The notes under the pieces: generated by a model
What the model was told of the DNA's origin: nothing
Database searches by the model: none
Seen by the model: the letters and a program-made list of their open reading frames with translations, nothing else
In this document: positions 10,230-19,196 of the stretch, in pieces
Position numbering within the stretch: the first letter of the stretch is position 1
Layout of the letters: every line of letters begins with the position of its first letter
Program-made: the position numbers and the translations under genes
From: Dehalococcoidia bacterium
GTDB lineage: Bacteria > Chloroflexota > Dehalococcoidia > UBA2979
Length of the DNA: 64,000 bases
Reading direction: 5' to 3'
Assembly (NCBI GenBank): GCA_964291495.2
Contig: OZ219872.1
Location: 64,001 to 128,000 of the forward strand

Positions 10230-11000
10230 TCAGTCCTCGAACTCGAACAGCACGGGCGCGTGGTCGGACGGCTTCGGGCCCTTGCGGAAGTCGCGGTCGA
10301 TGCCCGCCGCTCGCAGCCGGCCCGCGAGGTCCGGACTGATCAGCGCGAGGTCGATGCGCATCCCCATGCCGCGGTGGAAGTGCCCCTGCCGGTAGTCCCA
10401 CCAGGTGTGCTGCACCGTCTCTGGCTCGACGACGCGGAAGCCGTCCGCCAGCCCCGCGCCGAACAGCGCGCCGAGGCGCTCCCGTTCCGGCGCGCTGGTG
10501 TGCGTCGCGCCCTCGAACTCCGCCGGATCCCAGACATCGACATCGGTCGGCGCGATGTTGTAATCACCCGCGATCACGAGCGGCCGGCCAGCGAGCTGCG
10601 CCGCGCGCTCCGCCATCGCATCGAGGAAGGCGAGCTTCGCCTCGTACATCGGGTCGTCCAGCGCGCGGCCGTTGACGACGTAGACGCTGACCGCGCGCAG
10701 GCCGGCCACGGTCGCCTCGATCCAGCGTGCGTCCTCCGGGAGCGGGCTGCCCGGCAACCCGCGCGCGACGTCCTCGATCGCGTGGTCCTCGCGGGCGAGG
10801 ATCGCGACGCCGGCCCAGCGCCCGCCGGACTCGTCGGCGGCCGTGTAGCCCGCCTCGCGCAGCGCGCCGGCGGGGAAGTCGCCGGGGGCGGTCTTGGTCT
10901 CCTGCAGGCAGACGACGTCCGGCTCATGCACGTGGAGGAACTCGAGCAGGCGCGGCATGCGTGCGCGCACCGAGTTGACGTTCCAGGTGGCGAGTTTCAC
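10230..11000 (-). CDS. xth: exodeoxyribonuclease III
   Basis: ATWNVNSVRAR, CLQETK, SVYVVNG, GDYNIAP, TWWDYR, RIDL, SDHAPV. Confidence 0.95.
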   Translation of the reverse strand: MKLATWNVNSVRARMPRLLEFLHVHEPDVVCLQETKTAPGDFPAGALREAGYTAADESGGRWAGVAILAREDHAIEDVARGLPGSPLPEDARWIEATVAGLRAVSVYVVNGRALDDPMYEAKLAFLDAMAERAAQLAGRPLVIAGDYNIAPTDVDVWDPAEFEGATHTSAPERERLGALFGAGLADGFRVVEPETVQHTWWDYRQGHFHRGMGMRIDLALISPDLAGRLRAAGIDRDFRKGPKPSDHAPVLFEFED

Positions 11001-11368
11001 GCGCGCTCCGCGGCCCTCCCCCGAGGCCCCCGCTCGGGCTCGCCGAGCGGCGGGGGCCAGTAGCGCCAGCGTACGCGACCGAGCAAGGCCTCCGCGGAGA
11101 AGGCGCCGAGCGTGCGGCTGTCCGTGCTCCTCCGGGCGTTGTCGCCGAGCAGCCAGAGGTCGCCGGCGGGCTCGCGCACACGGATGCGCTTGACCAGCGC
11201 GCGGTCCGGTTGCCGGGGGTCGCGCGCGAGCACGATCTCGCCCTCGCGCGGCTCGTGGTCCGCCCAGGCGCGGCGGTCGACGATCACCCAGTCGCCGGGG
11301 CGCAGGGTGGGCAGCATGCTCTCGCCCGCGATCTCGTAGCGGGTGAAGCGCGCCGCGAGGCGCAGCAC
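10997..11368 (-). CDS. sodX: nickel-type SOD maturation protease (S26 family); true start may lie upstream
   Basis: GESMLPTLRPGD, LVKRI, LLGDN..RSTDSR..G; immediately downstream of sodN. Confidence 0.88.
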   Translation of the reverse strand: MLRLAARFTRYEIAGESMLPTLRPGDWVIVDRRAWADHEPREGEIVLARDPRQPDRALVKRIRVREPAGDLWLLGDNARRSTDSRTLGAFSAEALLGRVRWRYWPPPLGEPERGPRGRAAERA

Positions 11369-11462
11369 GAACCAGGCGAGCGCGCCCGCCGCCGCGCAGC
11401 AGGCGAGGGCGAACGCGAGATCGCCGCGGTGCGGCCCGCGTGCCGCCGGTTCGCCCGTCTGG

Positions 11463-11909
11463 CTAGACGGCCAGGTAGAACGGGACGTCGTCGCGGCCCT
11501 TGGTGGCCCAGAAGACGTTGTGGATCTCCTCGATCGTCGCGAGCAGCTGCTCGCCGGCCTCGACGCTCAGCTCGGTCTTGTTGCGGGAGCAGAGCTTGGC
11601 GGCGTTCCAGAACGTCTGCCAGAGGTCCGGGTAGTCCGCGGTGCGCTCCGGGTTGAAGTAGTCCGTCCAGAGGATGTTGAGCTCGCGCTTGGCCAGCTCC
11701 GCCTGCTCCTCCTTGATCGCGGTGAAGCGGGAGCGCGTGTTGTTCGTGGCTGCATCGTCGGCGTCGCCGAGGGCGACGATCTTCTGCGCCATCGAGAGCA
11801 CGGCCTCGGCGGCGATGCGCGCCGACGCCGGGTCATAGATGCCGCAGGGGCCGTCGCAGTGGGCCTCGGCGAGGCGGCGAGGGCGCAACAGGGTGGAGAG
11901 GAGGTGCAC
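11463..11909 (-). CDS. sodN: nickel superoxide dismutase precursor
   Basis: 16-aa leader followed by the Ni-hook HCDGPCGIYDPA; IKEEQAE, LWTDYF, FWATK; GTG start with GGGAG RBS. Confidence 0.96.
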   Translation of the reverse strand: MHLLSTLLRPRRLAEAHCDGPCGIYDPASARIAAEAVLSMAQKIVALGDADDAATNNTRSRFTAIKEEQAELAKRELNILWTDYFNPERTADYPDLWQTFWNAAKLCSRNKTELSVEAGEQLLATIEEIHNVFWATKGRDDVPFYLAV

Positions 11910-12112
11910 GTGGGGCTCCCTTCGCGGACGCACCGCGCGTGCGCCCAACAGCTTCCGTACGGGCGGCCGGCGCGGCGTTCGCCGTCGTGGACCGGCGCCG
12001 CCTATTGTCGGCACCCTCGCGAATAACGCAAGCGCGCGCCCTCGCAGCGCCCGAACGGCGGCGATGTGCTAGAGTCCGCACGCAGCGAGGATCTAGCACT
12101 CGAGGAGTCAAC

Positions 12113-12889
12113 GTGGATCTGCAATTCCTCAAGGTCGAGAAGCTCGGCCACATCTATCACATCCGCCTCAACCGGCCGGAGCGCCTGAACGCGATCGGCG
12201 CCCAGATCCGCCACGACCTCAACCAGGCCTGGTACGAGTTCGAGAACGACTCCGATCTGCGCATCGCTGTGGTCAGCGGCGAGGGCCGCATCTTCTCGGC
12301 GGGCCGCGACATCCGGGAGCAGGCCGGTGGCCGCCCGGAGATCAGCAACCCGGACGCTCCCGTCGCCAAGATGGGCTTCTACGGCGTCCCCGAGACCGAC
12401 AAGCCGATCATCACCGCCGTGCAGGGCGGCGCCTGGGGCGCGGGCTTCTACATCGTCTGCGGCTCCGACATCTGCGTCGCCGCCGAGGGCGCGCGCTTCG
12501 CGATGTCGGAGATCCCGACGGGCATCATCGGCCCGGCGCTGTTCGTGATCCTGCAGAACCTCTACTGGCTGCCGGGCTGCGAGATCGTGATCCGCGGCCA
12601 CCAGTTCGACGCGCAGCGCGCGTACGAGCTGGGCATCATCAACCACGTCGTGCCGGAGGCCGAGCTGATGTCGACCGCGATGGACATCGCCGAGGAGATC
12701 GCCGCGCTGCCGCCGGTGCACGTCCAGGTCACGAAGCAGCAGCTGATGATGGCGCGCCCGCGCCCGAACACCTACCAGTCGAACATCGCCTTCCCGCAGG
12801 CGCTCGATGGGCTGATGTCGCTCGAGGACACGCGCGAGGCGGCCGTCGCCTTCGCCGAGAAGCGCAAGCCGGTCTTCAAGGGCCGCTAG
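12113..12889 (+). CDS. enoyl-CoA hydratase/isomerase (crotonase) family, copy 1
   Basis: LNRPERLNA, FSAGRDI, KPIITAVQG, AMSEIPTG, EAAVAFAEKRKPVFKGR; GAGGAG RBS and GTG start. Confidence 0.93.
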   Translation: MDLQFLKVEKLGHIYHIRLNRPERLNAIGAQIRHDLNQAWYEFENDSDLRIAVVSGEGRIFSAGRDIREQAGGRPEISNPDAPVAKMGFYGVPETDKPIITAVQGGAWGAGFYIVCGSDICVAAEGARFAMSEIPTGIIGPALFVILQNLYWLPGCEIVIRGHQFDAQRAYELGIINHVVPEAELMSTAMDIAEEIAALPPVHVQVTKQQLMMARPRPNTYQSNIAFPQALDGLMSLEDTREAAVAFAEKRKPVFKGR

Positions 12890-12904
12890 CAACCAACCAC
12901 GCGA

Positions 12905-12950
12905 GAGCACAAAGGGGCCGGCCCGTGGGCCGGCCCCTTTGCTTGTGCTC
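12905..12950 (+). terminator. intrinsic terminator (possibly bidirectional)
   Basis: Perfect hairpin AAAGGGGCCGGCCC-GT-GGGCCGGCCCCTTT just after the stop codon. Confidence 0.8.
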
Positions 12951-12993
12951 CGACCGCTCACGGTCCCGCTTCCGCGATGTCGGCGACCGGCGA

Positions 12994-13022
12994 TTGACAC
13001 TCACGGAGTTCGTCGGGATGCT
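12994..13022 (+). promoter_or_regulatory. sigma70-type promoter for the LLM gene
   Basis: TTGACA-17 bp-GATGCT. Confidence 0.5.
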
Positions 13023-13106
13023 GGCCTGCGGCACACGGCTCGCTGGCCCGTTTGCGCTCACCGAGGGCGCGCGGGCGGCGACTGAGAGAGCGAAGAGGAG
13101 CAGCGT

Positions 13107-14297
13107 GTGAAGGTCGACATCTTCTCGGAGATGCAGCAACCGAAGGAGCTCTGGGGCCCCGACGTCGAGAACCACGAGCACCGGCTGTTCGAGGAGACCC
13201 TCGCGCAGGCGAAGCTCGCCGACGAGATGGGCTACGGGATTTGGTGGGAGGTGGAGCACCACACCGCCGTCGAGTTCAGCTACAGCTCGGCGCCCGAGAT
13301 CATGCTCACCAACATCGCCGCCAACACGCAGAACCTGCGCGTCGGCCACTCCGCCGTCCTCTCCCCCTTCCGCTTCAACCACCCGATCCGGGTCGCCGAG
13401 CGCGCCGCCTTCCTGGACCATGTCAGCAACGGCCGCTTCGAACTCGGCCTCGCCCGGTCCACTATCCCTGAGTGGCGCACCTTCAACATCGACCCCGACG
13501 AGACGCGCGACCAGATGCAGCAAGCCTTCGAGATGATCCCGAAAATGTGGACCACCGACGACTTCTCCTGGAAGAGCGACTTCTACGAGATCAACAACGT
13601 CTCGATCATCCCGAAGCCCTACCAGAAGCCGCACCCGAAGCTCTGGCAGGCCTGCTCCAGCCCGACCTCGTTCGAGCAGGCGGGCCGCAACGGCGTCGGC
13701 GCGCTGGGCGTCACGCTCTGGGCCTCGCTCGACCAGGTCGCCGAGTGGATCGGCCTCTACCGCGATGCGATCAAGGAGTGCGAGCCGGTGGGCGAGGAGA
13801 TCAACGACCAGGTTGCCTTCTTCACCTTCGTGCATGCCGCCGAGAGCGAGCAGCAGGCGATGGAGAACGGCGCCGCCGACGCGGCCGCCTGGTACACCAA
13901 CGGCGCCTTCACCTTCTTCGAGGCGAAGGAGTCCTTCGTGCTCACCGCCAGGGAGCTGGAGGCGGCGGCGGCCGACCCGGCAGGCGGCGGCCTCACCGGC
14001 CAGTTCCTGCGCGAGCACGCCGACGACGCGGTGACCGAGGCGCAGCTGATCGTCGCGAAGGTCATGGAGGGTGAGGAAGTCACCCCCGAGGAGGTCTGGG
14101 AGGTCCTCTCCAAGCAGCACTCCCTGATCGTCGGCAGCCAGGACCAGGTTCGCGAGGGGATGAAGGTCTACCAGGAGGCCGGCATCGACCGCCTCATGTC
14201 CTTCCACCAGGTCGGCGCGATTCCGCACGAGGCGATCATGAAGAGCATCCGCCTCACCGGCGAGCTCATCCCGGAGTTCGACGCGGACGCCCGCTAG
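13107..14297 (+). CDS. LLM-class (luciferase-like) flavin-dependent oxidoreductase
   Basis: LADEMGY..WEVEHH, SSAPE, HPIRVAERAAFLDHVSNGRFELG, PKPYQKPHP. Confidence 0.93.
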   Translation: MKVDIFSEMQQPKELWGPDVENHEHRLFEETLAQAKLADEMGYGIWWEVEHHTAVEFSYSSAPEIMLTNIAANTQNLRVGHSAVLSPFRFNHPIRVAERAAFLDHVSNGRFELGLARSTIPEWRTFNIDPDETRDQMQQAFEMIPKMWTTDDFSWKSDFYEINNVSIIPKPYQKPHPKLWQACSSPTSFEQAGRNGVGALGVTLWASLDQVAEWIGLYRDAIKECEPVGEEINDQVAFFTFVHAAESEQQAMENGAADAAAWYTNGAFTFFEAKESFVLTARELEAAAADPAGGGLTGQFLREHADDAVTEAQLIVAKVMEGEEVTPEEVWEVLSKQHSLIVGSQDQVREGMKVYQEAGIDRLMSFHQVGAIPHEAIMKSIRLTGELIPEFDADAR

Positions 14298-14316
14298 ACA
14301 CCTCGCCGACTCGCAA

Positions 14317-14345
14317 CGAAGGCCGCCCGCTGGGCGGCCTTCTTG
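14317..14345 (+). terminator. intrinsic terminator
   Basis: Hairpin GAAGGCCGCCC-GCT-GGGCGGCCTTC followed by TTG, between convergent genes. Confidence 0.7.
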
Positions 14346-14391
14346 CTATCCCCAGTCCGCAGCCGGGCGCGCCCGGCCGCCTCGCGGCGCG

Positions 14392-15351
14392 CTACGTCAG
14401 CGCGTCGAGGAACGGCGTGACCGCGCCGAGGAAGCCGGGCGTGTTCTGGGAGTGGACGTTATGTCCACAGTCCGGCACCGTCCGCAGCTGCCCCTGCGGC
14501 ATCGCCGCGGCGAACTCGTCCGCTCCCTGCTCGGTGAGCACGTTCGAGTCGCCGCCGCGGATCACGAGCGCCGGGAGGTCGAAGCCGCGCACCACGTCGA
14601 TCCCGATGCTCAACGGCACGCCGTCGCCCTCGCGCACGCGGCGGAAGCTCGGGTCGTGCAGGATGCGGTCCGACTTGGCGATGTACCTGCCGTCGGCGCG
14701 CTGGATCAGGTTGTAGCGCACCGTGCGCGTGATGTGCTCGCGCGTGCGGTACGGGTCGTACTCCACGACCCGCTCGATGAACGCCTCGAGGTCGTCGAAC
14801 TCGATGTTGCGCTGGATGAAGTTGCGGATCGCCTGCGTGCCCGGGCCGCTGATCACCGGACCGACGTCGACGAAGACGGCGGCGCGGGCGATGCCCGGGC
14901 GGCGCTTGAGCACCTCCATCGTGACGCGCCCGCCCATCGAGTGGCCCATCATGATCGGCCGCTCGAGGCCCTGCTGCGCGATGAAGGCGATCGCGTCCTC
15001 GGCCATCTCGCCGATGCCGTAGGCGGCGTCGCGCGCCCACTCGCTGTCGCCGTGTCCGCGCTGGTCGAGCGCGAGCACGCGGTAGCGATCCGCCAGATGG
15101 AGGCTGACGAGGTCCCAGGAGTGCGCCGACTGGTTGCCGCCGTGCAGCAGCAGCAGCGGCGGCGCGGCTGGATCGCCCCACTCCAGGAAGTGGAAGCGCT
15201 GCCGCTGCACCACGGTGTTGCGCGAGACGTAGCGCACGTCCGGCTCGTGCGGGATGCCGAGGTCGCTCGCACTCTGCAGCAGGCTCCGGAACTCCTCGGC
15301 GTCCGTCATGTCGAGGGCGTCGAGGTCCGGCGCGAACTCGTTCAGGTACAT
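14392..15351 (-). CDS. alpha/beta hydrolase
   Basis: LLHGG, DQRGHGDS, nucleophile GHSMGG, CGHNVH. Confidence 0.9.
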   Translation of the reverse strand: MYLNEFAPDLDALDMTDAEEFRSLLQSASDLGIPHEPDVRYVSRNTVVQRQRFHFLEWGDPAAPPLLLLHGGNQSAHSWDLVSLHLADRYRVLALDQRGHGDSEWARDAAYGIGEMAEDAIAFIAQQGLERPIMMGHSMGGRVTMEVLKRRPGIARAAVFVDVGPVISGPGTQAIRNFIQRNIEFDDLEAFIERVVEYDPYRTREHITRTVRYNLIQRADGRYIAKSDRILHDPSFRRVREGDGVPLSIGIDVVRGFDLPALVIRGGDSNVLTEQGADEFAAAMPQGQLRTVPDCGHNVHSQNTPGFLGAVTPFLDALT

Positions 15352-15450
15352 CGCAACTCCCGCCGGTCAGCTTCCGCTGGCGTTCGCTCGTCGGCGGCCG
15401 CGACCGGCGGCCGGGCGGCCACTCCTCCGGACGGCCACTCCTCGCGGCGG

Positions 15451-17754
15451 CTAGTCCTCCGGATTGAGCTCCGCGAGGATCGCGTCCGGCGTGGCCGGCA
15501 GCTTGCGCACGCGCACGCCGATCGCGTCCTCGATCGCGTTCGCGACCGCCGCCAGCGGCGGCACGATCGGCACCTCGCCGACGCCGCGCACGCCGTAGGG
15601 GTGACCCGGGTTGGGCACCTCGACGAGGATCGTCTCGATCATCGGCAGGTCGAGCGCGGTCGGCATGCGGTAGTCGAGCAGGCTCGCGTTGCGCATCCGC
15701 CCGGTCTCGTCGAAGTCGTAGCCCTCGCTGAGCGCCATGCCGACGCCCTGCTGCACGCCGCCCTGGATCTGCCCCTCGACGTACGAGGGGTGGACGGCCG
15801 TGCCGACGTCCTGCACGGCGGTGTAGCGCAACACGTCGACCTTGCCGGTCTCGGGGTCGACCTCAACGTCGACGATGTGGCCGGCGAAGGCCGGACCGAT
15901 CGTGGTGGGCTTGACGTTGGCGCGGCCCTGGATCATCCCGCCGCTCCCGCCGAGCTTCCCGGCGATCTCCTTGAACGCCAGCGAGCGCTCGTTGCCGTCG
16001 TCGTCAGCGGGTCCGCGGATCACGCCGTCGTCGCCGTAGCTCACCGCTTCACGGTCGCACTCCCAGATCTGCGCGGCGCGCTCCTCGAGCTGGCGGCGAA
16101 TGTCCATCGCCGCCTCGTAGGCGGCCCAGCCGGTGGCGAAGGTGGTGCGGCTGCCGCCGGTGTTGCCGGTGAAGCCGATCGAGTCCGTGTCCGACGCCAC
16201 CGAGGGGTGCACGTCCTCCGCCGTGAGGCCGAGCGTCTCGGCGAGCGTCATCGCCAGCGCGGCGCGCTGCCCGCCGATGTCGACCGAGCCGGTGACGAGG
16301 CTGACCGTGCCGTCGGCGTTGACGTTGGCGTAGGCGCTGGACTCGTTCCCGCCGTTGAACCAGAAGCCCATCGAGATGCCGCGGCCGCGGTTCTCGCCCT
16401 GCAGCTCGGAGCGGTAGTGCTCGCTGTTCTTGATCTCCTCCATCACCTCCCTCGCGCCGATCGAGCCGAAGGTCGCGCCGTCCGTGCGGCGGGTGCCCTC
16501 GACGGCTGCGTTCTTGAGCCGCAGGTCCATCGGGTCCATCTCCAGCCGCTCGGCCAGATCGTCCAGCAGCGACTCGACCGCGAACTCCGAGGAGGGCGCG
16601 CCGGGCGCGCGGTAGGCGGCGACCTGCGGCTTGTTGAGGACCACGTCCCAGGCCTCGACGAACTGGTTCGGGATGTCGTACGGCCCGAAGGCGCAGCGCG
16701 CCCCGGCGACGTAGGGGGAGCCCGGGTAGGCGCCGGCCTCGTAGGCGAAGTGGCCCTCGACGGCGGTGATCGTGCCGTCGTTCTTCGCGCCGATCTTCAC
16801 GCGGTGGTGCGTCCCCGAGGTCGGGCCGCTCGCCTCGAGGACCTCGGTGCGCGTCATCTGCATCTTCACCGGGTGGCCGGTCTTGCGCGAGAGCAGCGCC
16901 GCCAGCGGCTCGTAGTAGAGCTTCAGCTTGCCGCCGAACCCGCCGCCGATCTCCGTCGGGATCACCTTCACCTGCGAGACCGGCAGGTCGAGGATCATCG
17001 AAAGGTTGTCGCGGATGCCGAACGCGCCCTGCGTCGAGGTCCAGACGATCAGCTCGCCGTCCTGCTGCCACATCGCCGTCGAGGCGTGCGGCTCGATGTA
17101 GCCCTGGTGGGCCATCGTCGTGCCGTACTCGCCCTCGAGGACGATGTCGGCCTCGGCGAAGCCCGCCTCGGTGTCGCCGAGCTCCATCACGAGGTGCTTG
17201 GCGATGTTGGTCTGCTGCTCGGCGGGCTTGTCGCCCGTGGCGCCGTAGGCGGCCTGCGCCAGCACCTCGGTGCGCAGGTCCTCCAGCAGCACCGGAGCCG
17301 CCTCGGACATTGCCTCCTGGACGTCGAGCACCGGCGGCAACTCCTCGTACTCGACCTCGATCAGGTCGATGGCGTCCTCGGCGATGTGCGGGTCGGTCGC
17401 GCAGACGGCGGCGATCGGGTGGCCGCGGAAGAGCAGCTTCTCGTTGGCGAGCAGGAAGCCGCGCAGCCAGCGCAGCGGCGTCAGCCCGCGGATCGTCGGG
17501 ACGATGCGGTCGCCGGGGTCCGGCATGTCGGCGGCCGTGATCACGGCGAGCACGCCCTCGAGGGCCTCCGCCTTCGAGGTGTCGATGCTGATCAGGCGCG
17601 CGTGGGCGACGGGGCTGCGCTTGACGCGGCCGTAGAGCATGCGCGGCAGCCGCACGTCGGCGCCGTACTGCGCGCGTCCCGTCACCTTGTCGGCTCCGTC
17701 GTGGCGGACGGGGCGGGTTCCGATCACCTCGTACGGCTTGTCTGTGGCGACCAT
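15451..17754 (-). CDS. xanthine dehydrogenase family molybdopterin-binding large subunit
   Basis: DKVTGRAQY, RSPVAHA, IGGGFGGK, AYRAPG, EGQIQGG..QG, GVGEVP; ATG 17754 after GAAGGAG. Confidence 0.93.
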   Translation of the reverse strand: MVATDKPYEVIGTRPVRHDGADKVTGRAQYGADVRLPRMLYGRVKRSPVAHARLISIDTSKAEALEGVLAVITAADMPDPGDRIVPTIRGLTPLRWLRGFLLANEKLLFRGHPIAAVCATDPHIAEDAIDLIEVEYEELPPVLDVQEAMSEAAPVLLEDLRTEVLAQAAYGATGDKPAEQQTNIAKHLVMELGDTEAGFAEADIVLEGEYGTTMAHQGYIEPHASTAMWQQDGELIVWTSTQGAFGIRDNLSMILDLPVSQVKVIPTEIGGGFGGKLKLYYEPLAALLSRKTGHPVKMQMTRTEVLEASGPTSGTHHRVKIGAKNDGTITAVEGHFAYEAGAYPGSPYVAGARCAFGPYDIPNQFVEAWDVVLNKPQVAAYRAPGAPSSEFAVESLLDDLAERLEMDPMDLRLKNAAVEGTRRTDGATFGSIGAREVMEEIKNSEHYRSELQGENRGRGISMGFWFNGGNESSAYANVNADGTVSLVTGSVDIGGQRAALAMTLAETLGLTAEDVHPSVASDTDSIGFTGNTGGSRTTFATGWAAYEAAMDIRRQLEERAAQIWECDREAVSYGDDGVIRGPADDDGNERSLAFKEIAGKLGGSGGMIQGRANVKPTTIGPAFAGHIVDVEVDPETGKVDVLRYTAVQDVGTAVHPSYVEGQIQGGVQQGVGMALSEGYDFDETGRMRNASLLDYRMPTALDLPMIETILVEVPNPGHPYGVRGVGEVPIVPPLAAVANAIEDAIGVRVRKLPATPDAILAELNPED

Positions 17755-17958
17755 GCTCGGCACTCCTTCGTCGGGCGCTCGGCGTTCGCGCCTCTGCGGC
17801 GCGATCCGCCGTGCATTGTAGCGAATCGTCCGGTCCTGCCGAGGCCCGGGACGATGCCCGCCCCACCGAGCGCGACAGGCTATCTCCGTCTGTGCTAAGT
17901 CTTGCCCCGGAGACGACGACAGGACGCGCCGCGAATCGCGGCGCGAAAGGAGCGCCTC

Positions 17959-19155
17959 ATGCCGTCACCACTCGAGGGGATTCGCATCCTCGACTTCACC
18001 CGCTACCAGAACGGCCCGCACGGCACGCAGCTGCTCGCCGACATGGGCGCCGAGGTGATCAAGATCGAGCTGCCCGGCGACGGCGACCCGGGACGCGCGA
18101 TCATGCGCCAACCCGACGGCTTCTGCGCCTACTTCGAGGCGCTCAACCGCGGCAAGCGCAGCATCACGCTCGAACTGCGCACCGCTGAGGGCAAAGAGGT
18201 GATCCGCAAGCTCGTGCAGACGGTGGACGTGGTGGCGGAGAACTTCCGCCCCGGCGTCATGGACAACCTCGGCATCGGCTACGAGGCGCTCCGCGAGTTC
18301 AATCCGAAGCTGATCTACGCCGTGAACAGCGGCTTCGGTCCGGAGGGCCCGTGGAGCAACCGCGGATCCTTCGACCACGTCGCGCAGGGCATGAGCGGCG
18401 CGCTCGTCGCACAGGGCGGAGGCCCGGGCTCGACGCCCACCTCGGTCGCCTGGGGGCTCGCCGACCAGGTGGGCGGGATGACGCTCGCCTACGGGGTGAT
18501 GACGGCGCTGGTCGCCCGCGAGCGCTTCGGCGTGGGCCAGAAGGTCGACGTCTCCCAGCTCGGCGCGATGATCTCGTTGCAGGGCTTCTCGCTGCTCGGC
18601 TACCTGCACACCGGCACGCAGGAGCGGCGCAACCCGGGCGCCTCGCGCAACGCCGCCTTCAGCTGGTACCAGGGATCCGACGGCGAGTGGTTCACGATCG
18701 CCGGCCTCGACCCGAAGTTCTGGCCGCGGATCTGCCGCGTGCTGGAGCGCGAGGATCTGCTCGACGACCCGCGCTCGGTCGACCCCTTCGCGCGCTTCGA
18801 GAACGGCCCGTGGCTGATCGAGGAGTTCCGCGCGGTCTTCGCCACCAGGCCACGCGAGGAGTGGCTGAACGCCCTCGTCGCGGAGGAGATCCCGTGCGGG
18901 CCGGTCTACGACTACGCGGGGGTGGCCGCCGAGCCGCAGCACTGGCAGAACGGCTACCTCGTCGACCTCGAGCATCCGACCTTCCCCGATCACCGCACGA
19001 TCGGCATGTCGGTGCAGCTCAGCGAGACGCCGGGCGCCGTGCGCGCCCCCGCGCCGGAGCTGGGACAGCACACCGAGGAGGTGCTGCTCGAGCTCGGCTA
19101 CGACTGGCCGGACATCGAGCAACTGCACGACAAGGGCGTCACCGCCGCGCGCTGA
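17959..19155 (+). CDS. family III CoA-transferase (CaiB/BaiF)
   Basis: PLEGIRILDFT, LADMGAEVIKIE, NRGKRSITL, ENFRPGVMD, FDHVAQG (catalytic Asp), APELGQHT. Confidence 0.93.
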   Translation: MPSPLEGIRILDFTRYQNGPHGTQLLADMGAEVIKIELPGDGDPGRAIMRQPDGFCAYFEALNRGKRSITLELRTAEGKEVIRKLVQTVDVVAENFRPGVMDNLGIGYEALREFNPKLIYAVNSGFGPEGPWSNRGSFDHVAQGMSGALVAQGGGPGSTPTSVAWGLADQVGGMTLAYGVMTALVARERFGVGQKVDVSQLGAMISLQGFSLLGYLHTGTQERRNPGASRNAAFSWYQGSDGEWFTIAGLDPKFWPRICRVLEREDLLDDPRSVDPFARFENGPWLIEEFRAVFATRPREEWLNALVAEEIPCGPVYDYAGVAAEPQHWQNGYLVDLEHPTFPDHRTIGMSVQLSETPGAVRAPAPELGQHTEEVLLELGYDWPDIEQLHDKGVTAAR

Positions 19156-19196
19156 GCACTCGCGGAGCGGACCGCGGCGAGAAGGAGGAGCGAACG

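Noticed and set aside
15451-17754. Aerobic CO dehydrogenase CoxL
   Set aside because: The active-site loop is AYRAPG, not AYxCSFR (form I) or AYxGAGR (form II), and there is no adjacent coxM/coxS.
14452-17898. 1148-aa plus-strand ORF, and similar long ORFs at 47-2344, 25108-28266, 30136-33006 and 56221-59145
   Set aside because: Antisense or off-frame shadows of well-supported genes, expected at this GC content; Arg/Ala/Gly-rich and without motifs.
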